IMG/VR virus record: IMGVR_UViG_3300033549_000065
Span: 64,001-128,000 of that record
DNA: 64,000 nt
DNA from: a virus
Lineage: Duplodnaviria; Heunggongvirae; Uroviricota; Caudoviricetes
Direction: 5' to 3' (one strand)
Shown: positions 1 through 10,470 of the stretch, in pieces
Numbering within the stretch: the stretch's first letter is position 1
How the letters are laid out: every line of letters starts with the position of its first letter
Translations under genes and position numbers: made by a program
Notes under the pieces: model-generated
Database searches by the model: none
Seen by the model: only the letters and a program-made list of their open reading frames with translations
Told to the model about the DNA's origin: nothing

Positions 1-118
1 AATAGAACAGGCAGGAACGGATTGCACAGTTTGTGTAAAGTATGCAAGATGAAAGGGTTTAAAAAATACATCGCTAAAATTAAATCATCTTAAAGTTTTA
101 GAAAATCAATAAATTTAC

Positions 119-186
119 ATATTTAAATAAAGAATAAAAAAATTGTATATTTAAATATTAAATAATTTTATTACATATTTAAATAT
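119..186. promoter_or_regulatory. Triple array of palindromic ATATTTAAATAT box, 28 bp period
   Basis: Boxes start at 119 (ATATTTAAATAA), 147 and 175; the same motif and spacing recur at many intergenic sites. Confidence 0.8.
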
Positions 187-215
187 GAAGGAAAAGGATT
201 TAAAGGAGAAAAATA

Positions 216-419
216 ATGGCAATTGTAAAAAAGGATAATAAAAAAATTGAAATTTGTGGTTCTGGTACATTAATAAATGTTGATGGGAGCAGTTTTTCAG
301 TTGAAGATGAGAAAACAGGAGTTCAGACTCTTAACCTTTCTGATTTAATGCAATTCATAGGTAAAGAAATTAAATTTGCTATAAGTAATACCGAACAATC
401 GGTTGAGTTTTTAGACTAA
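216..419 (+). CDS. Small phage protein, possibly SPbeta YonK-like
   Basis: 67 aa ORF with SD (AAAGGAG); size and FxGKEI motif recall YonK from memory only. Confidence 0.4.
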   Translation: MAIVKKDNKKIEICGSGTLINVDGSSFSVEDEKTGVQTLNLSDLMQFIGKEIKFAISNTEQSVEFLD

Positions 420-642
420 GTGCTGGCTTTGAAACTAAGAGTAGAATCAGGGGTTTCTTTGTAAAAGTTTTTTAGAATAGTAGCAGTCTTACTGATTTAC
501 TGTTAACGCTTCTAAAATAGTCCTTTAACTACAGTTATAAAAGGTATATTACTAATTCAAATTAGGCACATGCAGCAAAACTACAAGCATAGAAGAATTC
601 TATATACAGGATTACCTATTTAGGTGACTTTAATAATTATAA

Positions 643-733
643 TATTAAGAGGTGAAAACCAACTTTTTATTAAGAGGTGTAAAAGCCAAAAAATCAAAAA
701 AGATTTCAAATTAATCAAAAAAGATTTCAAATT
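643..733. repeat. Two pairs of direct repeats in non-coding DNA
   Basis: TATTAAGAGGTG at 643 and 668; perfect tandem AATCAAAAAAGATTTCAAATT at 692-712 and 713-733. Confidence 0.85.
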
Positions 734-835
734 GTAGTGCCTAGCCCCCTTCCTTCACAGGAATAACCGATAACAAAGATGTTATTAACATACAGGTTAA
801 GGTTTGAGTATGATTACATATAAGTTGGTGGTAAT

Positions 836-1291
836 ATGAATTTTCCTGAATTTAAAAAAACTGAAAGTATGAAAGATGGAAATATTATCGAAGCTTATTA
901 TATTGATAATATTGAAGTTACTGAAAAGACTTATTATGCCTTATTATACGATAGAGAAGAAAGCAGTGATTGCATTCAGACAACGTCTGAACAAAGAAAA
1001 GCAGTCGAAAAGGCAATACATGCTGTAAAGCTCGAAGACTCAGAAGGTATTGAAGTTGAAGATATTGATGGAATTAAAGAGGATTATATTGAAAAATTTT
1101 TAAAAAAGCTTTTTCTCTGTAAGTATAGTGATGCTTATGATTTGCTTTATAAAGAACTTAATTATCATTACATACTTGGTTACTTAATAGGACAGAAAGA
1201 ATTAAATGAAACATTTTTGCAGGGAATGAATACGAATATTGGTATTCTGCAAGGCAAAGTCAACGAGATTAATCGTGGGCATGATATATAA
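836..1291 (+). CDS. Hypothetical acidic phage protein
   Basis: 151 aa ORF followed by a terminator; no motif recognised. Confidence 0.6.
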   Translation: MNFPEFKKTESMKDGNIIEAYYIDNIEVTEKTYYALLYDREESSDCIQTTSEQRKAVEKAIHAVKLEDSEGIEVEDIDGIKEDYIEKFLKKLFLCKYSDAYDLLYKELNYHYILGYLIGQKELNETFLQGMNTNIGILQGKVNEINRGHDI

Positions 1292-1304
1292 AATTAATTT
1301 AAAT

Positions 1305-1328
1305 TAAGCCGAAAGGCTTATTTTTTTT
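1305..1328 (+). terminator. Intrinsic terminator
   Basis: TAAGCC-GAAA-GGCTTA followed by T8. Confidence 0.85.
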
Positions 1329-1356
1329 GCTTTAAAAGGATTAAGAGGGTGAAAAA

Positions 1357-2274
1357 ATGGGACGTAAGAAGCAAGAAGCAATTTCTGATTCATTTATGAA
1401 AATTTGTACGCTATGCGGAAATAGAACAGCAGTCAAGTTTTTTTATATGAATCGTAAGTGGAAATCGGAATTCTATGCGGATTTATGGTGCAAGAAGTGT
1501 GTTAATAACTATATAACTAATGTTGACTCGTTAAAAGAATATTGCAGGCTTAATAAACGAGTGTACAGAGAAGATTTATTTATATCTGCTGATGAAACAG
1601 CAAAGCAGTATTTAGACATTGACATGGAATATGAAAAACTTAAAGTTGACGATAAATATATAGTTTACTGGAATAAAGTTAAAAAGATTTATTTTGGAAG
1701 AATGAATATGATAGGTTTCTATGAGTTCGCTGGAACTAATGAAGACGCAGAATTTACAACGAGAGAAAATGATATTTCAATAACTCAAACTACAATTAAT
1801 TTAGATGATATAGAAGCATCAAAAGGTTTGGGATTTGGCAAAAAGATTTATAGTAAGGTTTGGTGTGGGTTATACACTCAGAATGAGTTAGACTACCTTG
1901 AGGATTACTATAATGGACTAGCAAGAGATTTTAAGCTTGAAAATGCTGCATATATAGATTACGCAAAGAAGGTTTGTAAAGCCTCTCTTGCAATGGATAA
2001 GGCTTTTTCAGAAATGTGTAACGGGAAAATAGGCTCTGATAAGCGATATAAGGATTTTAAGGACATATTTGACCAATTATCAACAAGTGCTAAATTTGCT
2101 GAGAAAACCAGAACTGAAAATGACTCTGTTGGTTTTGGAAGCCTTGGCGAATTAATTAAACGTATGGAATCTACAGGGTTTCTACGAAAGAAGATTGAAT
2201 TTCCTCCTGATGAAATTGATAATATAATTAATGATTTTAGGTGGACATTAACATCTTTGGGAGAAGATGTCTAA
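1357..2274 (+). CDS. Putative terminase small subunit / packaging protein
   Basis: Directly upstream of and overlapping terL; N-terminal CxxC...CxxC, helical C-terminus. Confidence 0.55.
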   Translation: MGRKKQEAISDSFMKICTLCGNRTAVKFFYMNRKWKSEFYADLWCKKCVNNYITNVDSLKEYCRLNKRVYREDLFISADETAKQYLDIDMEYEKLKVDDKYIVYWNKVKKIYFGRMNMIGFYEFAGTNEDAEFTTRENDISITQTTINLDDIEASKGLGFGKKIYSKVWCGLYTQNELDYLEDYYNGLARDFKLENAAYIDYAKKVCKASLAMDKAFSEMCNGKIGSDKRYKDFKDIFDQLSTSAKFAEKTRTENDSVGFGSLGELIKRMESTGFLRKKIEFPPDEIDNIINDFRWTLTSLGEDV

Positions 2275-4049
2275 TGGCATTAAATTTTTCCCATAAGAAA
2301 CAGGCAACGCAATCTGGTGCTGGTAGGCATAACGCTAGTTCAACAGAGAGTCATTTAGTTGTGCATCAAGCTGAAATACCAAATGTAGAAGAACTTGAAA
2401 AGCAAATTTGGTATTATAGAAGTCATATAGATGTTTTTATATCAGAATACCTTTCACATCCTGATAAACCAGTGACATTTTTCCCTTTCCAATCTATAAT
2501 AGCAAGGCAAGTTGGAAATTCGCGATTTATAGATGATGTAGAGAGTCGTTCGCTAGGGAAAACATGGAAAATGGCATTTATTCTATCATCAATTGCAATT
2601 CTTTATCCAAGTTCTCCAATTCTAGTCGTTTCTAAGACTGTTAGACAAGCAGCCCTTACAATTAAATATATTGAAACTATTGCTTCGGAAAATAGAAATC
2701 TCGCAAGAGAAATTTCATATCCTATTAAAAATCAAAAAGATTACGCAAAAGTCACTTTTAAGAACGGAAGTTATATAGAAGCAATGGCTATGAGCGTAGA
2801 TGGGAGTAACATTCGTGGACTTCGTAGGAAGGTAATTTACATAGATGAATCAGCTTGGGTGAAAACCCCAGTTATTCAAGCTGTACTTATGCCTATACTT
2901 CAATATAAGAGGGATATTTTCTGGCAATATAAAGATAAAGGTTTTGAGGATTATGAATCAAAGCTAATTCAGACTACGTCTGCTTATCTAAAGACTTGTG
3001 ACTTCTTTCCTCGGTTTAAACAAAACTTAAAAGAAATGATTAACGGCAATAAAGATGTATTTTGCTGTGCTTTAACATATAAAACAGGTGTTCGCTATGA
3101 AATTATTGACGAAGAGTTTGTTGATAATCAAAAGACAAAAATGGCGTTAACCTCTTGGGAAATGGAATGGAACAGTAAATTTATAGGGGCTACCGAAGGT
3201 AGTTATTTCCCGTATGAGTTAACAGAGCCTTGCCGTGTGCTAGAACATGTTGAATTTGCTCAACCAAGAGGTAGTAAATCACGTTATATTATGAGTTGTG
3301 ATATTGCGACTTCAGCTAACACATGGGCAGATAATGCTTGTATTGCTGTTCTAAAGATTTCTGAAAAGCCAGATGGGACTTTTACAAAGCATTTGGTTTG
3401 CTTAAGAAGTTTTCACGGCTATCAATTAGAGGCTTTAGCTAGTGAAATTCGTAAAACTGCTATAAGATTTCCGAATACGGAAAAAATTTTAATAGATGTA
3501 AACGCACTTGGAGAAGGAATAGTATCACTGCTTAACACTCCATTTGTAGATGATGAAGCAAATAAAGAATACCCTCCTTTCATTTTAGATAATCTTGAAA
3601 GGTTTGCTGGTAATGCTTTACCTATAATCCGTGGCATAAGAGCGGATAATAAGTATAATGCACGAATGGCAACTGCTGTAAGAATTTATTTAGAGAACAA
3701 GTCATTACAATTGCCTGTTACTAGCTCTGCAATCCGTAGAGAGGTTGAAATACTGGATGGTGAAGGAGCTAGAAATTCAGAGGCATCTAGAGTTAAACGA
3801 AATATGTTAATTGAAGAAACTGCAATATTTATAGAAACTGATGCTTTACAGTATGAGATGGGTAACATATTACCTCGAATCACTGTTAGTGGATTGGTTA
3901 CGTATGATGTTCTTTCAACAAATCTCCATAAAGACAGATATACAGCGCTAGGAATGGCTTGTGAATTTGTAATGCAAATTGAGGAATTCAATAAAGATGA
4001 AAAACGAAATGTAGGAGATTTCTGCATTGGAGGAAGTTATGCGATGTGA
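2274..4049 (+). CDS. terL: Terminase large subunit
   Basis: Walker A SRSLGKT, Walker B VIYIDE, RNase H-like nuclease SCDIA...HKDRY; ATG at 2274 overlaps upstream TAA (ORF track starts at 2241). Confidence 0.9.
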   Translation: MALNFSHKKQATQSGAGRHNASSTESHLVVHQAEIPNVEELEKQIWYYRSHIDVFISEYLSHPDKPVTFFPFQSIIARQVGNSRFIDDVESRSLGKTWKMAFILSSIAILYPSSPILVVSKTVRQAALTIKYIETIASENRNLAREISYPIKNQKDYAKVTFKNGSYIEAMAMSVDGSNIRGLRRKVIYIDESAWVKTPVIQAVLMPILQYKRDIFWQYKDKGFEDYESKLIQTTSAYLKTCDFFPRFKQNLKEMINGNKDVFCCALTYKTGVRYEIIDEEFVDNQKTKMALTSWEMEWNSKFIGATEGSYFPYELTEPCRVLEHVEFAQPRGSKSRYIMSCDIATSANTWADNACIAVLKISEKPDGTFTKHLVCLRSFHGYQLEALASEIRKTAIRFPNTEKILIDVNALGEGIVSLLNTPFVDDEANKEYPPFILDNLERFAGNALPIIRGIRADNKYNARMATAVRIYLENKSLQLPVTSSAIRREVEILDGEGARNSEASRVKRNMLIEETAIFIETDALQYEMGNILPRITVSGLVTYDVLSTNLHKDRYTALGMACEFVMQIEEFNKDEKRNVGDFCIGGSYAM

Positions 4050-4072
4050 TTTTTATGAATCGAGGTGAAATA

Positions 4073-5563
4073 ATGGAAGAAAAAGTTCAGCCCGAGGTTA
4101 TTATTGGTGCTGGTTTAGACAAGCAATTCAGGGAATATCAAGTCTATACATACGAGAATAAAGATGCAACATTCAGAGGCGAATTAAAGAATTATAATTA
4201 CAATAATATTTTAAAAGATAAACAAACACATATAAATAAATTGTATGAATTAGCAAACTATTATGTTGATGCTGATAGTATCTTTTCTGGGATTGTAAAG
4301 AGGGTTTTAGTCCCTTTTTCATTATCTGGTGGGTATAAGCTTAAAGGTAGTTCAGAAGCGACAAAACAAAAGTTTATGGAGTATTATGAGTATTCAAGTT
4401 TTCTTGACACTGCTAGGGCGATATTTTATGAACTGTATCTGTTTGCGAATTGTTATATATATTTTATGCCAGATGGACGGATTATAACCTTGCCACCTCA
4501 TAAGGTTCGAATTTCAGACATTATGATAAATGGAGAGCCAGTTATTGAGTTTAATGTGGCAGAGTTAAATAAGTACACTGCTGGTTATAAAATAGAAGGT
4601 TTTGTTGACACATTAAAAGTAAAATATGAAGGTTATCCTCCTGAAATAACTCAACAATTAGAAGCTGGTAATCTTGCTGCTTGGGTACAACTTGACCCTG
4701 CTAATACATTCGTATTACAGGAAAGTAAACCATTATGGCAGAAATATGCTGTTCCGTTTGTAAGTACTTGTTTAAAGCCACTCGCAAAAAAGGAATTGAT
4801 AAGTTATTACGAAGATGTCCAATTAAACGTAGGAGCTAAAGGTTTCTTACATGCTAAATTAGGACATGATGAATTACTTCCAAAGCCCACAAAGGCGCAA
4901 TTAGATGCAACTGCAAAAATCTTTCAAGATGCTCTTAATAAATTTCCTTTGGCTGTAACAAGCCATTTTGTAGATGCTAAGTTCATTACGATTGATACTA
5001 AGGGCATGTTTGATAAATCAAAATATACGGATGTAAATTCTCAAATTCTGAGTTCTGGTGGTATCAGTCCACTTGTTGTTGTTGGAGAAAGCAATGGAGG
5101 TTCATTCGCAGAAGCAAATATAAACGTATCTACTGCAAAGCAGAGGATAAAACAAAATCAAAATAATTTCTGTGAAATGATGAAGAAATACAATAAAAAA
5201 TTAAGTGAGTTGTGGAGAGTTGGGAAAAATAGAGTACCTATTTTTGAGTTTAAGGAAATAGATTTAATTGATGATTCATCTATCAGGCAAGAAGCACTTG
5301 CTTTATGGCAACAGGGTAATATTTCAAGGACAACATTACTTGAGGAACACGGTTACGATGTAGAACAGGAATATGAGAGAAGAGTGTTCGAAAGTGGCAA
5401 AGATTTCGAAGAGGTATTTGCACCCCCACAAAATGCAAATACTATGACAAGTAATCCTGAAGATACCACTTCTAAAGGCAGACCTGCAACTCCAATTAAA
5501 GATAGCAAGCAAGATAAAAACAATTCAAAAAGCGGTGCAGCTAAAAAACCAAGTCAGAAATAA
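4073..5563 (+). CDS. Portal protein
   Basis: About 500 aa, between terL and protease; SD GAGGTG before ATG 4073. Confidence 0.8.
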   Translation: MEEKVQPEVIIGAGLDKQFREYQVYTYENKDATFRGELKNYNYNNILKDKQTHINKLYELANYYVDADSIFSGIVKRVLVPFSLSGGYKLKGSSEATKQKFMEYYEYSSFLDTARAIFYELYLFANCYIYFMPDGRIITLPPHKVRISDIMINGEPVIEFNVAELNKYTAGYKIEGFVDTLKVKYEGYPPEITQQLEAGNLAAWVQLDPANTFVLQESKPLWQKYAVPFVSTCLKPLAKKELISYYEDVQLNVGAKGFLHAKLGHDELLPKPTKAQLDATAKIFQDALNKFPLAVTSHFVDAKFITIDTKGMFDKSKYTDVNSQILSSGGISPLVVVGESNGGSFAEANINVSTAKQRIKQNQNNFCEMMKKYNKKLSELWRVGKNRVPIFEFKEIDLIDDSSIRQEALALWQQGNISRTTLLEEHGYDVEQEYERRVFESGKDFEEVFAPPQNANTMTSNPEDTTSKGRPATPIKDSKQDKNNSKSGAAKKPSQK

Positions 5564-5584
5564 ATTGAAGGTGTGGTGATTTAA

Positions 5585-7033
5585 TTGCCAAGTACTGAAA
5601 AATTGCTGGCGAGTGTATTAGAGCTATGTGATAGTAACGATGTATATATGACTCTGGATATCCTTTTACTTACAAGTAAAGTAAATAAGAATAAATGTCA
5701 ATTTGAAATTGATTTTATTCATGAGATAGTTGAATCTAAAGAGAAATATATCGGAATCCCTCTAGTATGCGAACGAGCAAAATTAGAAAAAGGCAAATAT
5801 AAATACTTAGGTCACGCCTTAAAAAAAGATGGCACATTTCAAACTGAGCAAATAGGCAGTTTTATAGATTTTTCAGAAAAAGAAACTGAAGATGGAACAT
5901 GGGAATTATACGGACAAGCACGGGTTCTTAAGAGATATCCGAAAGTTTGTTCGGCTATATTAGAGCTTTTTGAAGATAAATTATTGTCTTTTAGTGTTGA
6001 AGTTCTTGTCGGTGAATATAAAAAGACTGACAACAAAAACATAAGAGTTGTACCTAAAAGTGAAGATAATTTATTGATGGGGGATTGTATAGTCTCATTT
6101 CCTGCTGAACAAAAATCAAAATGCCAAACACTCATTGCAGAAGCCATAAATAAAGACTTAGGCGGTGACGAAATGAAAGATATTACTTTTGAAGAGTTTT
6201 TCGAGAACACTCGTTTGCAATATGAAAATTCAGAATTGGATATTGGACAGGTTCAAAGAAAAGTATATGCAAAATGCCGAGACTTATTAAAAGAAGAATT
6301 TTACTGTTATTCGGCAACTGATTTTGGGGTTAATTATATAATCCTTCAAAATTGGGATTCTGGTGATTATTTTAAAGGTGATTTTAGTGTAGCTGATGAT
6401 GATGTTGCATTAGGAGATTTATATAAAGTCGTCAAAAATTATGTACCTGTTAGTACTGAAAATCCTGAATTATCAGGAGAAGAATTTAATAAGGAGGATA
6501 AACAAATGGATTTAACTGAATTACAAGCAAAATTAGAAGCTTCTGAAAAAGAAGTATCTGAGTTAAAAGTATCTGTTTCTGAGAAGGAAACTGAAATAGC
6601 TGAAAAAGATGTTAAAATTTCTGAAAAAGAAACTGAAATAGCTGAATTGACAGAAAAAGTTAATACTTTATCAGAGTCAGTTGTTCTGAAAGACAATGAA
6701 ATAGCTGAATTACTTCCTGTCAAAGAAGAAATGGAAAAGATAAATGCTGAAAAAGCTGAAGTTGAAAAAGCTAAAAAAGTTGATGAATTAAAGGCAAAAT
6801 ATTCAAAACTTTTAAGCGAAGAAATCCTTTCAACTAAGGAAATTTCAGAAGCTATTGAAAATCTTGAAGAAGCAGTTCTTCAGGCAAAAGTAACCGATAT
6901 TGCTTTAGAAAAAGCTGAAATATCAACAAAAAATGAAAGCAAGACAAACAAAATGGTTACAGCATCTATTTCCGAAGATATTAAAACTAATGGAAATGAT
7001 AACGTAAGCAAATACATCACAATAAATAGATAA
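5585..7033 (+). CDS. Prohead protease / scaffold fusion
   Basis: N-terminal HK97-protease-like H...SFSVEV, C-terminal acidic coiled coil; position between portal and capsid. Confidence 0.75.
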   Translation: MPSTEKLLASVLELCDSNDVYMTLDILLLTSKVNKNKCQFEIDFIHEIVESKEKYIGIPLVCERAKLEKGKYKYLGHALKKDGTFQTEQIGSFIDFSEKETEDGTWELYGQARVLKRYPKVCSAILELFEDKLLSFSVEVLVGEYKKTDNKNIRVVPKSEDNLLMGDCIVSFPAEQKSKCQTLIAEAINKDLGGDEMKDITFEEFFENTRLQYENSELDIGQVQRKVYAKCRDLLKEEFYCYSATDFGVNYIILQNWDSGDYFKGDFSVADDDVALGDLYKVVKNYVPVSTENPELSGEEFNKEDKQMDLTELQAKLEASEKEVSELKVSVSEKETEIAEKDVKISEKETEIAELTEKVNTLSESVVLKDNEIAELLPVKEEMEKINAEKAEVEKAKKVDELKAKYSKLLSEEILSTKEISEAIENLEEAVLQAKVTDIALEKAEISTKNESKTNKMVTASISEDIKTNGNDNVSKYITINR

Positions 7034-7060
7034 GAAAATATTAATAAGGAGGAATATATA

Positions 7061-7492
7061 ATGGCAGGTTTTGTAATTAAAGGTAACAATGAGTATATAG
7101 GAACTACAAAGTTGCTTACAGGAGCAGATTCAATTCATAATGGCAAATTTGTTCAGGTTGATTGGAGTGCAAGCACTGCAACTACCCCTTTGGATAACAC
7201 TCAATACGTATATTTTGTTGAAAACGTAATTGACACTGTTGATGAAGAACAAATTGATGATTTAGATTTCGTTGTAACAGCCGGAAACTATATCAGAATT
7301 AAGAAATTGTTAGCAGGAGAAATATTTGTAACTGATAAGGTAATTGGAACTCCCGCAGTTGGCGCAGTTGTTGATTGTGGAACACAAGGTATCATAGCAG
7401 CTACTTCAGGCTCACCAAATCAAACTTTCCAAATCATAGAAGAACCTACACTATGGGGAACTACTTGTTACAAATGTATTGTTTTAAAATAA
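7061..7492 (+). CDS. Head decoration / capsid cement protein
   Basis: 143 aa beta-rich ORF immediately before the major capsid gene. Confidence 0.55.
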   Translation: MAGFVIKGNNEYIGTTKLLTGADSIHNGKFVQVDWSASTATTPLDNTQYVYFVENVIDTVDEEQIDDLDFVVTAGNYIRIKKLLAGEIFVTDKVIGTPAVGAVVDCGTQGIIAATSGSPNQTFQIIEEPTLWGTTCYKCIVLK

Positions 7493-7526
7493 TTAACGAA
7501 TAAAAAATAAAGAGGAGGAAAATAAA

Positions 7527-8513
7527 ATGGCATTACGCACAGATAAAGCCGTAGAAGTGTTTTCTGCGTTGGCTTTAAATAAGGTAAAAGAAACTGAAAT
7601 AGAAGTTACCGAAGCTAGAGCAGCTATTAGAGAATTGGCTTCAAATCCAAATCCTAACAATAGATATGAGATTTCACAGTTACTTGCTTTTATAGTAAAT
7701 GACATAATTTCACAAAAGACTCAATATATTGACCTTTTAGGTGATGTTAAACGTGTTGGAATTGGCGAAAAAGCTATGTTTAAGACTAAGAAAGCTGGCG
7801 TTGAGGCTTTTATTCAAGCTAAGAATGGTACTACTCAGAGAAGTAGAGTTTTCAATGCTTACACAGATGTTGATACTGTAGAGGTTTCTGCTAGACCGTA
7901 TGTAAATTTATATGAGCTTGCTGCTAACAAAATTTCGTTTGACGAAATAATTACTGATGCTGCTGATGAGATGGAAAAAGCAATGGTACAAAACATTGAA
8001 TCTACATTATATGCTGCTTTTGATGATTATGATAGTCCTAATTATGCTTCTGGTTCTGGTATTGTATCAGCTACTATAGATGCTATGATATTTGCAATGC
8101 AGAGATATGGTAACGTAAACATAATTGGTGATATTAAATGTATCACAAAGTTTGGTGATTTAGCTGGTTTTACAACTGCTACTTCTACAAAAATGTTTTC
8201 AAACAACATCATGGATGAATATAACAACAACGGATACATAGGTATGTATAAAGGGGCAAAAATTTCCAAATTAAATAACCCATTTTTAAGGGGAAATAAC
8301 ACAACACCAGTACTTAGAGAAGATTTACTTTACATAATTCCAACTGGCGTTACTTCACCTTTAAAAGTTGTTATGGAAGGTGATGTTGAATCTATGGATT
8401 CAACTAATATCAATGACAACACTATGGAAGTTTGCTTAAGGAAATATTTTGGTTCTGCTGTAGTTTATGGGGATAACCCTTATATAGCAATTTACGAAGA
8501 TACAGCACTTTAA
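7527..8513 (+). CDS. Major capsid protein
   Basis: 328 aa, strong SD (GAGGAGG), position after scaffold, followed by a terminator. Confidence 0.8.
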   Translation: MALRTDKAVEVFSALALNKVKETEIEVTEARAAIRELASNPNPNNRYEISQLLAFIVNDIISQKTQYIDLLGDVKRVGIGEKAMFKTKKAGVEAFIQAKNGTTQRSRVFNAYTDVDTVEVSARPYVNLYELAANKISFDEIITDAADEMEKAMVQNIESTLYAAFDDYDSPNYASGSGIVSATIDAMIFAMQRYGNVNIIGDIKCITKFGDLAGFTTATSTKMFSNNIMDEYNNNGYIGMYKGAKISKLNNPFLRGNNTTPVLREDLLYIIPTGVTSPLKVVMEGDVESMDSTNINDNTMEVCLRKYFGSAVVYGDNPYIAIYEDTAL

Positions 8514-8525
8514 GAAACATATACG

Positions 8526-8560
8526 AGAGAGTAGTTTTTTTAAACTACTCTCTTTATTTT
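8526..8560 (+). terminator. Intrinsic terminator after capsid gene
   Basis: AGAGAGTAGTTT / AAACTACTCTCT inverted repeat plus T-rich tail. Confidence 0.8.
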
Positions 8561-8580
8561 ATTATTGGAGGAAATTAAGG

Positions 8581-9000
8581 ATGGGTAAAAAAGTAAAGGT
8601 TTATAATAGAAATAAATTTGACGTAGGAATTAAGCTCATAAATCCAAACCGTGAGCAAAACATAAAAGGTGGTTCATTCACCATAATTGAAGACGATGAT
8701 ATTTATTATTTAAATACTATTTCTTCATTATTCAGGAGAGGAATGCTTGTAGTAGAAGATGAAGAGGTAAATATTAATTTAGGATTTGCTGATATAAGGC
8801 CAGTTACAAGAACCGATGCTGAAATAGAAGCTATTTTAAGAGGAAATTTCTTAAAAATGAAATCTGAATTATTGGCTATTACTGAAAACTTTATGAAACA
8901 TGCAATTTTTAAAGTGGCAAGTACAATAGCAGATGAGTTGAGTGGAAGTAAAATTAAGTTCATTTCTGAATTTTGTGGAAAAAAAATTATAATTGATTAA
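8581..9000 (+). CDS. Hypothetical head-associated protein
   Basis: 139 aa ORF with SD, synteny after the capsid gene. Confidence 0.55.
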   Translation: MGKKVKVYNRNKFDVGIKLINPNREQNIKGGSFTIIEDDDIYYLNTISSLFRRGMLVVEDEEVNINLGFADIRPVTRTDAEIEAILRGNFLKMKSELLAITENFMKHAIFKVASTIADELSGSKIKFISEFCGKKIIID

Positions 9001-9017
9001 AATAAGGGTGTGATGTA

Positions 9018-9488
9018 ATGGCTACTACGATAACGACTGATGTAATGGAACAATTAATAACCAACACAAAACATCAAAGAACACCTGAAACATATACCAG
9101 TGATGATTATAAAGCATTGGCTATATTAGGTTGTAAAAGGTTTTATAGAGATACAGGAATAGAAGATAGTTGGGATGATGAATATACTGCTGGTGATACA
9201 CCTACCTTAAGTCGTGACTTGGACATTTTAGAATTGGATTATTGTTTAAAGGCTTCTGAAATAGAGTTCTTTAAGCAGATAAGAAATTATTGGAATACTT
9301 TAGTTGGCTATACTACAAATGCTTTGTCTATAACAATGGCAAATAAGCCATTTGAGCAGTTAAACGCAACAATTAAAGAAAAAGAAGTTGAATTAACCGA
9401 CTTGTTCCATAAAATGACCGATGTTTCAAATCCATCTTCTCCTTCAACTGATATTTCCGTAGAGGCTATAGAATACGACTTTGATTAG
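9018..9488 (+). CDS. Putative head-tail adaptor
   Basis: 156 aa; synteny only. Confidence 0.45.
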   Translation: MATTITTDVMEQLITNTKHQRTPETYTSDDYKALAILGCKRFYRDTGIEDSWDDEYTAGDTPTLSRDLDILELDYCLKASEIEFFKQIRNYWNTLVGYTTNALSITMANKPFEQLNATIKEKEVELTDLFHKMTDVSNPSSPSTDISVEAIEYDFD

Positions 9489-9499
9489 AGGGTTGCATA

Positions 9500-9799
9500 A
9501 TGAGAATTGAAATAATTTATAAGAACAAAGACTTAGAGATTGTTGGTGTTGAAGAATTTACATTGGATGAATACTGTCATTTACTTAGCCAGAAGACTTT
9601 AAGCTTATTATATCAAATAGAAGATTTGACAAACAATAAAATAGAATATGCAGATGTAAAAAAATACATATTTAACCTTGCTGGTAATATTCAGAGGCTA
9701 CCAGAAAACCTTGTAGATGAAGGTATGGGAGATTCAAAGGTTAAAATGCCAGAAAAAGGTTTCTTTGACTTTCTGAAAAGAAAGGGAGGTGAGGAATAG
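9500..9799 (+). CDS. Hypothetical protein
   Basis: 99 aa ORF translationally coupled to the next gene. Confidence 0.55.
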   Translation: MRIEIIYKNKDLEIVGVEEFTLDEYCHLLSQKTLSLLYQIEDLTNNKIEYADVKKYIFNLAGNIQRLPENLVDEGMGDSKVKMPEKGFFDFLKRKGGEE

Positions 9800-10470
9800 T
9801 GGATTTTTATGTTCCAAATTATCTTGAAACAGACTTTGATTCAATGTCTGAGGTACTTGGGGAAGAATGCACATTGAATTATAATGCAACAACTCCTACT
9901 GTTATAAATGCTTTTATAACTCAGCTTGATTTTAAATCAAACATGAAAGGGTTAAGTGACAGTACTACTGATATTAAGATTTCAAAGAGTGTAAGTGTAA
10001 AGAAAGGCGATTACATCACGGATTCAACAGAAAACGTTTGGTTGGTTAATTGGAATCCATTCAAAGATGTTAATTGCTATCATGCTCAAATGCAGTTATG
10101 TACAAGTTGTTTGGATATAGAGACTTATTACGAACAAGAAATTAGCTCTCTTGGAGTTGCAGAAGCAACGCCTACAACGCCCTGTGGTTATTTTGATATA
10201 GCTTCGGATGTATATGGTTATGTTCAGCGTGTTGGAATGAGTAAATATGATGGAACTGTTGATGTTCCCGGTATTTTTCAATCTCAAAGAATTGCATTTG
10301 TAACTCAATATAATGATGATACAGCACTAATTGAAATAGAGCATGAATTTGCTTATCAAGGAGTTCAATATCTTATTACAGACATAGATTATTCACAATT
10401 AAGCCCTTCTCGAACGAGCGGAATAATATTCTTTTACTCACAGGTCAAAGAAGGTGGGCGTGTTGCTTAG
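9799..10470 (+). CDS. Putative head closure protein
   Basis: 223 aa beta-rich, VKKGDYI motif, synteny. Confidence 0.5.
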   Translation: MDFYVPNYLETDFDSMSEVLGEECTLNYNATTPTVINAFITQLDFKSNMKGLSDSTTDIKISKSVSVKKGDYITDSTENVWLVNWNPFKDVNCYHAQMQLCTSCLDIETYYEQEISSLGVAEATPTTPCGYFDIASDVYGYVQRVGMSKYDGTVDVPGIFQSQRIAFVTQYNDDTALIEIEHEFAYQGVQYLITDIDYSQLSPSRTSGIIFFYSQVKEGGRVA

